DNA of 64,000 nt from Candidatus Marinacidobacterales bacterium (GCA_965219415.1 CBDCNP010000002.1:5280001-5344000); one strand, 5' to 3'; counted from the first letter of the stretch, positions 20,783 through 32,130 are shown. Numbers and translations: made by a program. Notes: a model not told the origin generated them from the sequence alone.

Positions 20783-22092
20783 TCCGTCTCCACGACCATA
20801 CTGAAACCCAAGCCACCCGCCGCACATACTTCAATGAGTCCGAACCGTTTGCGCCGTCGCCTGAGCTCGTTTAGAAGACTCAGCGTGATACGTGCTCCGG
20901 TCGCCGCGAAGGGATGACCAATCGCAATCGAGCCCCCTGTCACATTGAGCCGATCCAAGTCCACCTGTCCCAATGGTTCCGATCGCCCCAACCTATCTCG
21001 AGCGAACGTTGCCGACTCGAAGGCTTGGAGCACGGAAAGAACTTGCGCGGCGAATGCCTCGTGAAGATCGATGAGGTCCATGTCGCCAAGGGTGAGTCCG
21101 GCCCTTCGGAGCGCGGTCGGAGTGCTCAAGGCAGGACCGATGAGTAGCTGATCGAAGGGATCGACTCCACAGAATGCGTAGGACCGAATGTAACCGAGGG
21201 GGCGGTAGCCTAGGGCCTTGGCCTTCTCTTCGGACATGAGCAGCATAGCCGCCGCACCGTCGGTCAGTGGGCTGGAGTTGCCAGCGGTGAGGCTTCCATA
21301 GCGGCGATCGAACACGGGGCGGAGAGAACCGAGCGCTTCCAAAGAAGTATCTCGGCGGATACCGTCGTCTTCTCCCAACGACTTCGTGTATCGCGGAGGG
21401 ACATAGGCGCGGACGATCTCCTCGGGAAGTCTTCCGTCATCGGTCGCGGCGGCGGCGAGCCGGTGACTCCGCAAAGCAAACTCGTCCTGCGCTTCGCGAG
21501 AGATCCCATTCTCCTTCGCCATTTTCTCGGCCGACTGTCCCATGGTCAATCCAGTGGAGAGCTCGGCGATGGCTGGGGCGACCGGTGCGAGATCCTTCAG
21601 TCGCAGTCGCGAGAATCCCTTCAGCCGTCCGGCGAGCGTTTTCGCTTTGCGCGCCGCGAGGAGGGCGCGGGTCAAGGGTTTGGATACCAGGATCGGCACG
21701 TTCGAGAGCGATTCGGCTCCTCCCACGATCACGGTATCCGCCTGTCCCGATGCGATCGCCTCCGCCGCACCTACGATCGCTTGGTTCGAGGAAGCACACG
21801 CGCGCGACACGCTGTAGGCTTCGATAGTCGGTGGAAGCCCGACCCCAAGGACCACTTCGCGCGCCAAGTTGGTAGCCTTGACATCGGGCACCACCGTGCC
21901 AAGAACCACCTGATCGATCTCCCGGGGGTCGATTGCGCTTCTTTGAACGAGCTCCGCAGTGACCAATCGGCCAAGCTCCAGCGCCGATAGGTCGGCCAGC
22001 ATTCCCCCCGCTCTTGCGAAGGGCGTTCGACAGCCCGCAACGAAAGCCACCCTTCGCCGCTTGTTCAGACTGGCTCCGGTGTTCGCGCTCAC
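20779..22092 (-). CDS. fadI: Acetyl-CoA C-acyltransferase (thiolase)
   Basis: RACASS catalytic Cys, HEAFAAQ, GGSIAIGHPFAATG, CAAGGLG. Confidence 0.9.
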   Translation of the reverse strand: MSANTGASLNKRRRVAFVAGCRTPFARAGGMLADLSALELGRLVTAELVQRSAIDPREIDQVVLGTVVPDVKATNLAREVVLGVGLPPTIEAYSVSRACASSNQAIVGAAEAIASGQADTVIVGGAESLSNVPILVSKPLTRALLAARKAKTLAGRLKGFSRLRLKDLAPVAPAIAELSTGLTMGQSAEKMAKENGISREAQDEFALRSHRLAAAATDDGRLPEEIVRAYVPPRYTKSLGEDDGIRRDTSLEALGSLRPVFDRRYGSLTAGNSSPLTDGAAAMLLMSEEKAKALGYRPLGYIRSYAFCGVDPFDQLLIGPALSTPTALRRAGLTLGDMDLIDLHEAFAAQVLSVLQAFESATFARDRLGRSEPLGQVDLDRLNVTGGSIAIGHPFAATGARITLSLLNELRRRRKRFGLIEVCAAGGLGFSMVVETE

Positions 22093-22359
22093 GTGTAGAA
22101 GTCTCTCACAACCAACCTGCCTTCGCTCGTCAATTTGGGGACGACAAGACGAGCTTCGGCGAGGCGGGGCCTCGGTTCGCGCGCTATTATGGGATCGGCA
22201 GGCTGGGCGGGACGCTGGCTGACCGATCGGTAGGTGGCCTCGGCAGGGGTCAGGACGATTTGCCGTGGCTGGGCCCCTTGTGGTACGCTCTCACCTCAGG
22301 GTCTTTTGTCGCCCCGGCGACTCACCCAAAGCTCCCAAAGTACAGGTTAAAGGAGAGAT

Positions 22360-23277
22360 TTGATGATCAAGTGGTTAGCAGTGGCGATCATGGTCCTGCT
22401 GGCCGGCGGAGCGGTGGCACAGCAGCTCCCACCCGGTCACAAGGAGTTTAAGGAAGGCCAAGCGGCCATCAAAAAGAACGACATGGCTGGCGCGATCGTC
22501 GCCTTCGAGAAAGCACTGGCGGCGGATCCAGATATTTTCGCCAGTCACTACTTCTTGGGCTTCGCCTACCAGAGCAAGAAGAATTACCCCAAGACCGCCG
22601 AGCACTTTACGGCGTATCTCGACAAGGTGGGGGACAATTCCGAGGCCGCCGAGCAGATCGGTCATGCCACCCGCCAGGGCGGGCTTGCTTGGGCACGCAC
22701 CAAGAACTCCGCGAAGAGCATCCCTTATTTGGAGAAGGCTGCGGCCGCCAAGCCCAACGACAGAGAGGTTCACTACTACCTCGGCATGACGTTGATCAGA
22801 AACGGCCAGGAGGGCAAAGCCGAGCAGCACTTTTCGAAAGTGATCCAGCTCGATCCCAGCCTGCCGCGCCCGTACTATTTCGTCGGCCGAGTTGCCTTCA
22901 ATGCGGAGAAGTGGAGTGAGGCGCGACGGCTCCTCAGCAAGTATTTGGAGTTGAAGCCGGACGATAACTTTGCGGCCGACGCTCACTTCATGCTTGGCCA
23001 GATGGCGGTCAGGCAGGCCGAGGGCGCAGCAGATGCGGCCGCCCAAAACAACGCAGCGAAGATGCACCTCACCAAGTTCCTAGAGTTGAAACCCAACGCA
23101 CCACAAGCACCACAGGCTCACTACATCCTTGGGAGCCTCGCCGCCCAGAGCGAAGACACCGCGACGGCCACCGCCCACTTCCAGAAGTATCTCCAGTTGC
23201 AGCCGTCAGGCGCGCAGGCCGACGAGGTCAAGCAGTTCTTAGCGGATCTGAGCGAGGGTGAAGAAGAGGGTAGCTAG
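22360..23277 (+). CDS. Secreted TPR-repeat protein
   Basis: Signal peptide and about 7 TPR motifs. Confidence 0.85.
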   Translation: MMIKWLAVAIMVLLAGGAVAQQLPPGHKEFKEGQAAIKKNDMAGAIVAFEKALAADPDIFASHYFLGFAYQSKKNYPKTAEHFTAYLDKVGDNSEAAEQIGHATRQGGLAWARTKNSAKSIPYLEKAAAAKPNDREVHYYLGMTLIRNGQEGKAEQHFSKVIQLDPSLPRPYYFVGRVAFNAEKWSEARRLLSKYLELKPDDNFAADAHFMLGQMAVRQAEGAADAAAQNNAAKMHLTKFLELKPNAPQAPQAHYILGSLAAQSEDTATATAHFQKYLQLQPSGAQADEVKQFLADLSEGEEEGS

Positions 23278-23307
23278 CGACAGTTCTGCAAGGGTTTTTT
23301 TCTTCGC

Positions 23308-23363
23308 GAGGCCCGGTGATCTCCCTAAAAGCCTCTTCCTAAGAGAAGACCGCCGGGCCTTTT
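23308..23363. terminator. Terminator-like hairpin between convergent genes
   Basis: AGGCCCGG...CCGGGCCT followed by TTTT. Confidence 0.55.
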
Positions 23364-23378
23364 GCTATTGGGATCGGT

Positions 23379-23888
23379 TCAGGAAATCGAACGGGTGACC
23401 GGAAACTCGCTGCGCTCCGCTTCGGCCTTGAGCCGCTCCCGCTCCCGGAGCACAAGGGGGGTCAGAGGCGGCTCCTCCAGCTCGAGCCTCTGGCGCTCGA
23501 CGTTCCAGAGCTCCCCTAGCTGAGCGTGCAGCCAGCTGAGCTCTTCGAGGGAGTACCGAGTGTCCGTGGATTCATAGCGCTGGATCCAATGGCTCTCATC
23601 CTCGCACACGACGGTAAACCACAACCAGTCTACGCGTTCGTTGGAGCGGCGCGATTCTTCAAAGCCCTGGAGGACGGCATCCACGAGGCCACCGTTACCC
23701 AAGAGCCCGTTTCGCGAGGCGATGTAACCAACGCCCCTAATCAAGTAGAGAAGACACCAGCGGATTTCAGGAGTCAACGACTCCGGGTCGGCAAGCATGC
23801 GAGGAACGAGGTTGTACGCCACTCCCTCCTCTTCATTGAGGAGAAGGCGATACAGCTCCTCTCGAATTTGAAACTTCTGACCCGACAT
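23379..23888 (-). CDS. Hypothetical protein
   Basis: 169-aa ATG ORF with coding-like composition; no motif recognised. Confidence 0.6.
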   Translation of the reverse strand: MSGQKFQIREELYRLLLNEEEGVAYNLVPRMLADPESLTPEIRWCLLYLIRGVGYIASRNGLLGNGGLVDAVLQGFEESRRSNERVDWLWFTVVCEDESHWIQRYESTDTRYSLEELSWLHAQLGELWNVERQRLELEEPPLTPLVLRERERLKAEAERSEFPVTRSIS

Positions 23889-23999
23889 CGTCTTATCAAT
23901 TGAGAACCTACGGGCGCCGACGAGAAACGGCAGCTACCGTCCTCGCGAAGCCCGTCACCTCTAGGATACCAGGAAGAAAGCTCTTACGCAGTTTTTTTC

Positions 24000-25862
24000 T
24001 CAACGCGCGTAGCCGAGAGCACGTAGTTTGTCAAGCTGGTCGGGGGTAAGCTCTACCGCAGGTGGGGGGGCGCCGCTTTCGCGCCGCTCGCTCGCCCGAG
24101 CAAGGAAGGATTCAACTTGCTGTAGGGCCCGCTCTACCCAGCTCGGCTCGCCGGACACCAGATCGTCTCGTTCTCGAGGGTCCTTCGCCAGATCGTAGAG
24201 CTCGACCGACGCTTCCAAGCCATCGTCGCCGCGGGTGACGATGAGCTTCTTGCCGTTGGCCCCTTGCCTCCAGGCCAATTTGTGGGAATCGTCTACGGTG
24301 TGCTGGGTTTCGGCCCATACACCTCCACCAGGGGCAACAGAGCCAGGGGGGCCGGCGGGCGACTTCTCAGAGCCCCGAATGAGGCCCAAGAGGCTTCGTC
24401 CTTGGAATCCGGCTGCCGCCGGGGACCCCAGATCGTCCAGAATCGTCGGCGCCACGTCGACCAGGCTGACTTGCTGAGAGACGCGACGACCCGCTCCTTC
24501 GCTCCCGGGCAGCTTCATCAGTAACGGAATACGCAAGACTTCTTCGTACAACGTCTTCTGGTGCTCCCAACCTCCATGTTCGAGGAACTCCTCCCCGTGG
24601 TCCGAAGTAACCACCACCAAAGACTTGTCGTATATCCCCACTTCTTTCATCACTCGGAACAACCGCCCCAATTGCCGGTCCGCGTACAGGATCTCGCCGT
24701 CATAAAGCGCCAAGATGTGCCGGAGATCCCGTGGATCGATCGAGTCCGCCGTCTCCTCCTTGAACTCCCACCAAACGCCGCTGGCCACGCCCGCATAGTC
24801 TGGGTCGAACGTCCTATCGAAGGGGGGCGGTGGGTCGTAGTGCCAATGGGGATCGTAGTAGTGGAGAAAGAGAAAGAAGTCACGGTCGCCCCTCTCTCTC
24901 AAGAAAGAGATGGCGCGCTCGGTAACCGGCTCCGCTCGCGCGTCGTAGCGATACCAGTGACCGTCGAAGCCGTGGCCGAAACCGTATTGCTTCGATAGAT
25001 AGAGGTGTGTCACCACCGCCTGCGTGAAAAACCCGTTTTGTTGCAGAAGACGCGGGAGACTCGACACATCATCGGGCACCCCTCGATGGAGGTCCACTGC
25101 ACCGTGGGAGGAGGGATATAGGGAGGTCAAGAGGGAGGCGTGCGCGGGAAGCGTCCAGGGAGCCGTGGTCACGGCGTCTTCGAAAACGACTCCCTCGTTG
25201 GCAAGCGCCTCGAGAGTCGGGGTGGTCCTCCGCCCATAACCGTAGACGCTGACATGATCCCGGCGCAAAGTATCTATTGATACGACGATGACTCCCCTGC
25301 CCTCCCGATAGCGTGCCCGATCGTGAAGGATCGGGTCCGCGAAGAGCGCCGCAAAACCAAGTGCTCCTATCGCATCTCCAGTTGCGTCCGCGCCGGCCTT
25401 TCCACCCTCGAAGCTCAACCAGATCTCTTTCCCCGCAAAAGGTCGGAGGTCGACCGATTGGTCGATCCACTGATCGCTTCGCGCGGTATGGATCTCCCGC
25501 TGGAAAACAACGCTAGACGGGCTCTCGACGCCGGCCTTCACCACGAAGCGAGCCTTGCCGCCGGCAACTCCCTCGTCTATTTTCTTCCGCTTGATGCCAA
25601 TGGCGAAGGTAAGCAAGGGGCGGGGCGGAAGCTTGACGCGAAACCGAACCTCGGAAGGAGTCGGTGCCGTGAGGCAAGGCCTCGAGTCTTCACCCAGACT
25701 CACCGGAGAAGAAATCGCCGGCTCAGAAGAATTGGAAAAAACCACGTACGTTTGTTCGAGAAGAGAAACCGGTGGCTCGGATGGCACCTTCCGACTGCAG
25801 GCCGGGAGCGCCGTCACGGTTAGGACGATGGAGAGGAAGCGAAGCATTCCGGCGCCAGACAT
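24000..25862 (-). CDS. Sulfatase-family lipoprotein (Thr-type) with N-terminal beta domain
   Basis: SIDTLRRDH, TAPWTLPAHASL, HYYDPH, TSDHGEEF, LRALGY. Confidence 0.9.
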   Translation of the reverse strand: MSGAGMLRFLSIVLTVTALPACSRKVPSEPPVSLLEQTYVVFSNSSEPAISSPVSLGEDSRPCLTAPTPSEVRFRVKLPPRPLLTFAIGIKRKKIDEGVAGGKARFVVKAGVESPSSVVFQREIHTARSDQWIDQSVDLRPFAGKEIWLSFEGGKAGADATGDAIGALGFAALFADPILHDRARYREGRGVIVVSIDTLRRDHVSVYGYGRRTTPTLEALANEGVVFEDAVTTAPWTLPAHASLLTSLYPSSHGAVDLHRGVPDDVSSLPRLLQQNGFFTQAVVTHLYLSKQYGFGHGFDGHWYRYDARAEPVTERAISFLRERGDRDFFLFLHYYDPHWHYDPPPPFDRTFDPDYAGVASGVWWEFKEETADSIDPRDLRHILALYDGEILYADRQLGRLFRVMKEVGIYDKSLVVVTSDHGEEFLEHGGWEHQKTLYEEVLRIPLLMKLPGSEGAGRRVSQQVSLVDVAPTILDDLGSPAAAGFQGRSLLGLIRGSEKSPAGPPGSVAPGGGVWAETQHTVDDSHKLAWRQGANGKKLIVTRGDDGLEASVELYDLAKDPRERDDLVSGEPSWVERALQQVESFLARASERRESGAPPPAVELTPDQLDKLRALGYAR

Positions 25863-25872
25863 CGAGCTCCGC

Positions 25873-26268
25873 CTACGATGAACGCCGATTCTCTGGTGTC
25901 TCTTCGCGAAAACTGAACCCGCAAGCCTCCCACGGATTCACGATGTTTCGGTCCCGTATGTCTCTCTCATCGATTGGAAACGTCGTGCAGTTCTTCGGGC
26001 GACCCTTGTAGATCCCACATAAAGGAATGCGGCTTGCCCAATTCAATAGGGGGCACGGAAACATTACGTTGCAGCACGCGCCGGTACGATGGCAATTACC
26101 GACCCGTCGCGCGAGACTCTCTTCAACGTAGCGGGGTCTGAAATTTACCAGATACAAACGCCGCATCTTGCCCCAAAGGAGAATGCCGCGTTCTCTCCAC
26201 CTCAGCGACCGAAGCCTCTGTCGACCTCGCTGTTGGTAGACGCCCGCACCTTCGAAGAGTACCTGCAT
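25873..26268 (-). CDS. Small Cys-rich putative Fe-S/Zn protein
   Basis: GNCHRTGACC...CP...CGIY..RPKNCTTFP. Confidence 0.7.
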   Translation of the reverse strand: MQVLFEGAGVYQQRGRQRLRSLRWRERGILLWGKMRRLYLVNFRPRYVEESLARRVGNCHRTGACCNVMFPCPLLNWASRIPLCGIYKGRPKNCTTFPIDERDIRDRNIVNPWEACGFSFREETPENRRSS

Positions 26269-26335
26269 GGAGGGGGAATCTTAGGCTAGCCCGCCCGCGG
26301 CCGTCAACCACGGAGCGTGCTCTATCAGGAAAACC

Positions 26336-26929
26336 TTATCGCTGTCGCTTCAGCAAGGCTTCGGTCCCGGAGCCCCAGTTGAAGAGGCACCCCAGCGTGT
26401 CCATGATCGGGGCATCGATCTTTTCGACATTTTGAGCGGCGACGACCTGAATCTTCCCGATCCCCGGAGCCGCAGCAAATGGCACGAACATGGTCAAGTT
26501 ACCGTCCGCGTGCTCCTCCACGATGTAGGCTAACGTCCGCGCCCCCGGGCCCACGGAAAGAAGCGCGGGCTGGAGCTGTCCCGGAACATCCCCACCCGAC
26601 AACCTTCGAGAAAAGCTCCGCAGCAACGCGTACGGGGCGAAGCGCATGAGAATCTTGTTCTCGAACGACCGCCCGAAACGGCTGCCGACTGGGGACTGGT
26701 CGATCACCCCCACAAGCAAGGAGACCACGATCAGCACACCGGCTGCTGTGAAGCGATGGACCCATACGTCGGGGAAGGCGCTCGCGGGCAAGAGGTCCGC
26801 GATCGGTGTGGTCAGACCCATCAAGATGTCAAACAGCCCGCCGATCAGGAGGTAGGACAGAATCAGCGGCAGCAGGAGCAGGAAGCCGTCCATGAAACGC
26901 CTGCCCAAGAAACTCAACACGTCTTTCAC
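26336..26929 (-). CDS. DUF502-family membrane protein
   Basis: GFLLLLP, FVPFAAAPGIG motifs, 2 TM. Confidence 0.8.
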   Translation of the reverse strand: MKDVLSFLGRRFMDGFLLLLPLILSYLLIGGLFDILMGLTTPIADLLPASAFPDVWVHRFTAAGVLIVVSLLVGVIDQSPVGSRFGRSFENKILMRFAPYALLRSFSRRLSGGDVPGQLQPALLSVGPGARTLAYIVEEHADGNLTMFVPFAAAPGIGKIQVVAAQNVEKIDAPIMDTLGCLFNWGSGTEALLKRQR

Positions 26930-26951
26930 GTCGGTCTAGTCCTTTCTGGAT

Positions 26952-27503
26952 TTAGGACGCGGACGCCCTCGGGAAGACGGCCGTAGCGCCATGATGGAAC
27001 AGGGTCCGCACTTTGTCCCAGAACTCCCCGCCGAGGACGAAAAAGCTGACCAAGTACATTGCATCGCCCACCACGCCGAGCACCACGCGGTTCGCCTCGT
27101 AGCCGGGGATGAAGTGGGCAACGTAGGGAATCAACCAGCCGAATAGGAGCGGAAGTAGGAACATGAGGAGGCCGATGCGATAGCGCGTGCGGCTCACCCT
27201 CTCCGGCGGGGCGTATCGCCGGAGGATCCCAAAGAGGAGCCGCTTGAGGTGCTCGAAGCCAGACTTGCCGAGGATCGCAACCGCCGCGAGGGAGAAGAGC
27301 TCCGGGATGCCGACGGCAAGAATGACCGACAAAGTGGTCTTCCAGGCGCTCGGGAGGCTCGACGTCGCGACGAGGGGGATGAGGGCCGGACAGCCCAGCC
27401 CGATGAGGAAGAGAGCAGCGCCCAATCGGAAACGCCGAGCGGCGCGTCCGTGGGGCTCGGTGTTGGCGTCGCTCGCCGCATCCCTAGACCTTTGGCCGGT
27501 CAT
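26952..27503 (-). CDS. Transporter-suffix-domain membrane protein
   Basis: AVAILGKSGF, VSRTRYRIG, SFFVLGGEFWDKVR. Confidence 0.8.
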   Translation of the reverse strand: MTGQRSRDAASDANTEPHGRAARRFRLGAALFLIGLGCPALIPLVATSSLPSAWKTTLSVILAVGIPELFSLAAVAILGKSGFEHLKRLLFGILRRYAPPERVSRTRYRIGLLMFLLPLLFGWLIPYVAHFIPGYEANRVVLGVVGDAMYLVSFFVLGGEFWDKVRTLFHHGATAVFPRASAS

Positions 27504-27510
27504 GGTGTCA

Positions 27511-27646
27511 TCACTGTTCGAAGCTATGGTAGGCGACGATGCGCCATTGGCCGTTCTCTCGATTCCAAAGCAGCTCCAGAATGGCCCCCCTCTTCTTTGA
27601 AGCGGAAGAGAGCGCCGTAGTACTCTGCGGCCTGCGGTCTCTCTTG
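27511..27646 (-). pseudogene. Diverged duplicate of the last ~45 codons of the 29237 gene
   Basis: YYGALFRFKEEG..ILELLWNRENGQWRIVAYHSFEQ* versus YYGVLFRFKEEGAAILGLLWNRENGQWRIVAYRAFEQ*. Confidence 0.85.
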
Positions 27647-27682
27647 TGATCCCCTGTCGTGTCCCGGCCTCTTTCGTTGGCG

Positions 27683-28245
27683 TCAAAAGCGAACGCTCGC
27701 GATCAAGTGTGGTAGCCGCACACCGATTCCGGCCCCTACCAACCAATCAGGGACGTTCTCGACCAAACCCAGTCCAGCGCGCACGTCCAGTTGAAAACTC
27801 GGTCCTACGAGGTACGTGATGCCCGCCTGCGCAGAGTGACGGTCCGTTCGCGCGTCGCTGAGCGCGAAGGCCCCGAAGAGCTCGGCGAACCAGCCGGCCC
27901 CGTCCGCTACGGGCCCACTGAGCATCAACGTGTAGGGCAGGTCGACGACGGTTCTCTCCCGGCCTTCTTTCTCGAGCCGGATGAAACTCGGCCCGACGTT
28001 GTAGGTCAGGCTCAGAAGGGCCAACGTCCTCGAGAAGAGCAGCAGGAGCTTTGGATTCACGAAATCGTCGGTGAACTCCGCATCCCCGACAGGAAAGCTC
28101 AGGTCACCGAGGAGCGACACCGCGGGCCGACGGCCTTGCTCGTCCACCAGAGCCCACTTCGCGCCGATGCTCACATCGTTAAAACCGTCTTCCCTGCGGC
28201 GCACCTCTGGCGAGCCCTCGTTCTTGAAGCTGAATCCGGTCATCG
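27683..28245 (-). pseudogene. C-terminal part of a MetA-pathway/transporter-type outer-membrane barrel, fused in frame to the channel remnant
   Basis: GFNDVSIGAKW, SFPVG, QLDVRAGLGL...GIGVRL. Confidence 0.7.
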
Positions 28246-29025
28246 GAAAGACCCACCTTGCCGCGCGGTCGATGCGAAGAGCGAGTTTGTCGCGATCCGC
28301 CTTCGTCAGGACCGCCGTGGCGACCGCCTCTGCGAAGGCGAAGAAAACCATCGCAAGCGATGCAAACAGAAAGACATCCATCCGGGTCAGGTAGGGCAGC
28401 CTCGGCAGGATCGCGTTCAGACTGAACAAAAAGGCGATGAGAGTCAGGATCGAGGTTGCAGCCAGACCCATTTGGACCCCGGCCATGTCAGGGTCGATCC
28501 AGAAGACGGCCCAGGACATCAAGACGATAAAGGTGAGCGGGACGATCACTCGAAAGACGTAGTATCCGAGCTTCCGTCTCACGTGAAAGCGATAGTCAAA
28601 CTGTGCGAATTGCTCCGCCCCCCCGGTGGCGCTCGTCCCCTCGGTCCGGAAGACACCGAATTCCCGAGTCTCCTCGACGATCGACCAGCCGGAGACTGCC
28701 ATGGTCTCCGCGTGAACGGGCGTCGTCTGGTCAACGACAAGGTTCAACTGTTCCGGCCCGTATTCGGTGGAGACGAAGGTCAAGGGCAGATGTTGTATGT
28801 CGCGGGGAACTCACGGAGGTCGAACGGGGAGCGGAGTGTTCCCTGTACGCGATGGATGAACTCCACGTTACCGTCGTCGTCCGTGACGAGACGCGGCGGG
28901 GCCTGGTAAGCGGTGTCCCTTCGATTGAACAGGACGATCTGCGGAGTCCAGATGGCCTCCGGTGAGAAGCGGCAGTTCTCTCTTCCGGATGCCCGCACAC
29001 TGGCCGCCAGGCGCGGATCGGTCGA
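28246..29025 (-). pseudogene. Prokaryotic pentameric ligand-gated ion channel (ELIC/GLIC-like), N-truncated, frameshift near 28800
   Basis: DPRL, IWTPQI, FDLREFP Pro-loop, RRKLGYY..IVP, MSWAVFWI, TSILTLIAF, LPRLPYLT.MD, RWVFP. Confidence 0.85.
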
Positions 29026-29236
29026 GGAGGTGAGTGCTGTGAAAAAAGCGAAGGCTGGCCCCGTGCCGCGGGATCGCTATGCAGCCCCGGGATTGTGAAC
29101 CACCGCTTCGGATCCTTCTCCTCCTCGGGTGCCGCCGACAGGTCCGCGGCTACATAAAACGACAGCATCAACATGAGCAACGTTCTCAACGTCAGCATGT
29201 CTTGTTCACTTCCTGAAGGTGAGGGGTAAATCGTAA

Positions 29237-32126
29237 CTACTGCTCGAAGGCACGGTAGGCGACGATGCGCCACTGACCGTTCTCGCGATTCCACAGCAAG
29301 CCCAGAATGGCCGCACCCTCTTCTTTGAAGCGGAAGAGAACACCGTAATAGTCGGCGAGTTCGGGTCTCTCTTGACCGCAGAGGTACGGCTCGGCATCCT
29401 CCCGCGCCATTCTGTCGAGAGCGAAATCGCCAGAGTAGGGGTGCTCTTCGAGGATTATTGTGGGATCCCAGGGCTCCACGGCATCCACGGCCTCGGTCAA
29501 ATTGTCCCGATCGCCCATCTCCTTGGCCGAGTGCTCCATGATCTCGCGGAGGTGCTCGCGAGCGCCGCGCGCGTCCAGAGCTTCCTTGTCGACATCATCA
29601 TCCACATTGAGACAAGCCAACGCTTGGTCGGAGAGAAAATCGACCGCTTCGCCGTATTGCCCGCGCACCAGCCAGTCGCTCAGAAACTTCTGAACCGCAT
29701 CGTGGATCTCGGGGATTTGGGCGTTGCCCGGACGATTCGGTGGGGTAGGCGTTGGAGGCTCGGGTCTTTCGGTTGCGTAGAGATCCCGGGCGCTCCTTTC
29801 TCCCTCGGGCAACCTGCCGAAGCGCTCTGCCCACCACGCGTGGAGGCCACTCCAGCGCACCGAGTGCCGTTTGTGGTTGTCTCCTTGTCGTACGTCGGAA
29901 TTGGCTGACGTGAGGTGCCCGTTGAACAGGGCCTGTGGCGACTTGCTGGAACGGTAGTCCACGTCGATGTCCGCTTTCTTCTTGTCTTCGGAGATCGAGA
30001 ACTGGATGGTGGGCTCCTTGCCGGCCTGACGGAATGAATATGGGTATCCGACATGGTAGACGGTGTTCAAGTGGCCGAGGCCGAACTCCTGAGAATTCTC
30101 GAGCGTCTCTCTCGTCCCTGGCTCCAAATAGACATAGAGGCGGAACTGTTGGTCCCCTTCTCGACCGTAGTATTGACCCGCGACGCGCTCGAGGCTCTTG
30201 ACGAGATCGAGCGCCGTTCCGAGCGAGTCCCCTTGTTCGTCCGTTAGCTGGGAGTTCATCAGCGCATGAGTCACCGCGTCATAAGTCGTGCGTTCCGATA
30301 TGGTGAGGGAATCGAAATATTGCTGGGGAGTATAGTTCTTGCCAGTACTCTCGTTGTAGAGATCGGTGTAGGGCCCGAAGAGTGACTTCTGTTTCTCTTG
30401 TAGGTCAGTGTAGCGGCTCCTTCCGGTGTCGACGTCTCTGGCGGGATCGGCGATCACCTTACCGGGCCAGCTGTAGTCAATCCCGACGACGCGGAGCGTT
30501 TGTCGCTCCCGGCGCAAGAAGACCGCGACTTTCATGTTGTTCGCGGTCCTCCGCACCGATCCGGGCCGCAAAGTAGGAACCCGGTTCGCCGTTCATCACC
30601 TTCGACGGTATCTTGAAGCCCGTCAGTCCACTCAACCTGTCGAGCACACCGGTTTCATTATTCAACTCCAGCCATCGGACGTTGTAGGCGCGATCTAATA
30701 CGAAACTCTCTTGGAGCTCCCGATCGTCGTATCTGAGCTCGCCGTTCTCTATCCGGAAGTTGTCCAGCGGAAGGACCTTCCCGAAATAGGTCCTCAGAAT
30801 GCGGTTGCGACGGGCGATGAGGCTCTTGGCAATCCACGCTTCCGCCCGCGGGTCGCTATACTGCCCCGGTACTCACCAGAGCCTCGATGTCTTCGTTCGT
30901 TAGAGCCGCGACTTTTCTGGCTGCCCAAAACGTGTCGTCGGGCAGCCGGTTGGCAAAAGGAGCCATCTCGTAGTTGGGCTCCCACTTTTCTGGGTCGAAG
31001 GTCTCGTAGTCGAAGCGCCCCACCGACCTCAAACCTGGGTAATTGGCTCGCATCCACCGGGGTGTGTAAATACCCATGCCGACGATATTCTTGGCCGTGC
31101 GGCCGCCGTCGTAGAAAGGGTCGTTGCCTTCGCGGGCAATCTTGCGCCGCGAGCCTGCGCTTCCCAGCGTTGCCGTGAAGTCGATGAGGTAATGACGGAT
31201 ATGCGGTGTCCCCCCCTCCTCGACGAGCACATCCAGCGTGTTCATCGCCCGCATTTGGACGTGATTGAGCCATGCGCAGAAGACGTAGAGCCCCCGGAGA
31301 TCCCGGCGATGCTCATGGGGGACGATGTCATTGGGGTCGTCGCTGCGGGCTCCGAAGATCTGGTAAGGCCCCAATAGACCCTTCCAACGAGAGGGAGCCC
31401 TAGTCGCCACCGCGCGGTAGCCTCTCTTTGGATCTCGGGCGGCCGCCTCGAGGAAGTTATCGAATATTCTCTTCGGTTAGATCCCGGACGTCACCCATGC
31501 TGGTGATGTCTTCGCCGGCCTCCGAGGCTACGAGTTGTGCTCGATCGAAGTATACAATGTAGTTTTCGGGCACGTAGTACCCGAGGGCATAGAAAGCCCG
31601 CGAACTCACCATGTTCGCCCCGGGGGCCATTTCTAGAAAGCCCACGGGATCGAACCGCAAGAGATATAGCTCGTTCTCCGCGTCACGGATGAGAATCCCC
31701 GGTCGGAGGCCGTGAGATTTGACGACCGACGCTTGCCACTTTCCATCCCTAGAAGGAGGGTCGTTGTCGCCCGGACCACGAAGTAGTTTTTCTTTCGTCA
31801 AGCGTGTCGGCGTGACGATTCACGTACCAGGGGCTGTCGGGAACCTCCCCCAACGTATTGACGCCACCCGCGGGTATCACCCCGACCTCGGGATGCCGCT
31901 CTCCGGGATTGCCGAAGATGTTGTTGACGAACTCCATGATCTCGCTGAGGTCTCGGAATCCGGGATCGTAAGTGGCAACGGGAGCCGGCTCTTTCTCCAG
32001 TGGATCGTCGGGGTAGAACTTTTGTGCGGTTGCCGGCGTTGTCAAAACAACCAGCAGGAGGGCACACGATACGATAGTCCAAATTGTTGGGTTACAGGAG
32101 CCCAGAGTTCTCTTCCGCATGTTCAT
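29237..32126 (-). CDS. Large secreted protein with kinase-fold-like N-terminal region and a C-terminal extension (4 or more frameshifts)
   Basis: Signal peptide, FYPDDPL, VNTLGEVPDSPW, HEHRRDLRGL..WLNH...N, YLIDF; consecutive ORFs join by 1-nt shifts. Confidence 0.7.
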
Positions 32127-32130
32127 CGCC

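Noticed and set aside
27511-29375. Repeat pair 27511-27646 / 29237-29374 as a DGR template and variable repeat
   Set aside because: Differences are mostly synonymous third-position changes, not adenine-specific, and there is no reverse transcriptase in the window
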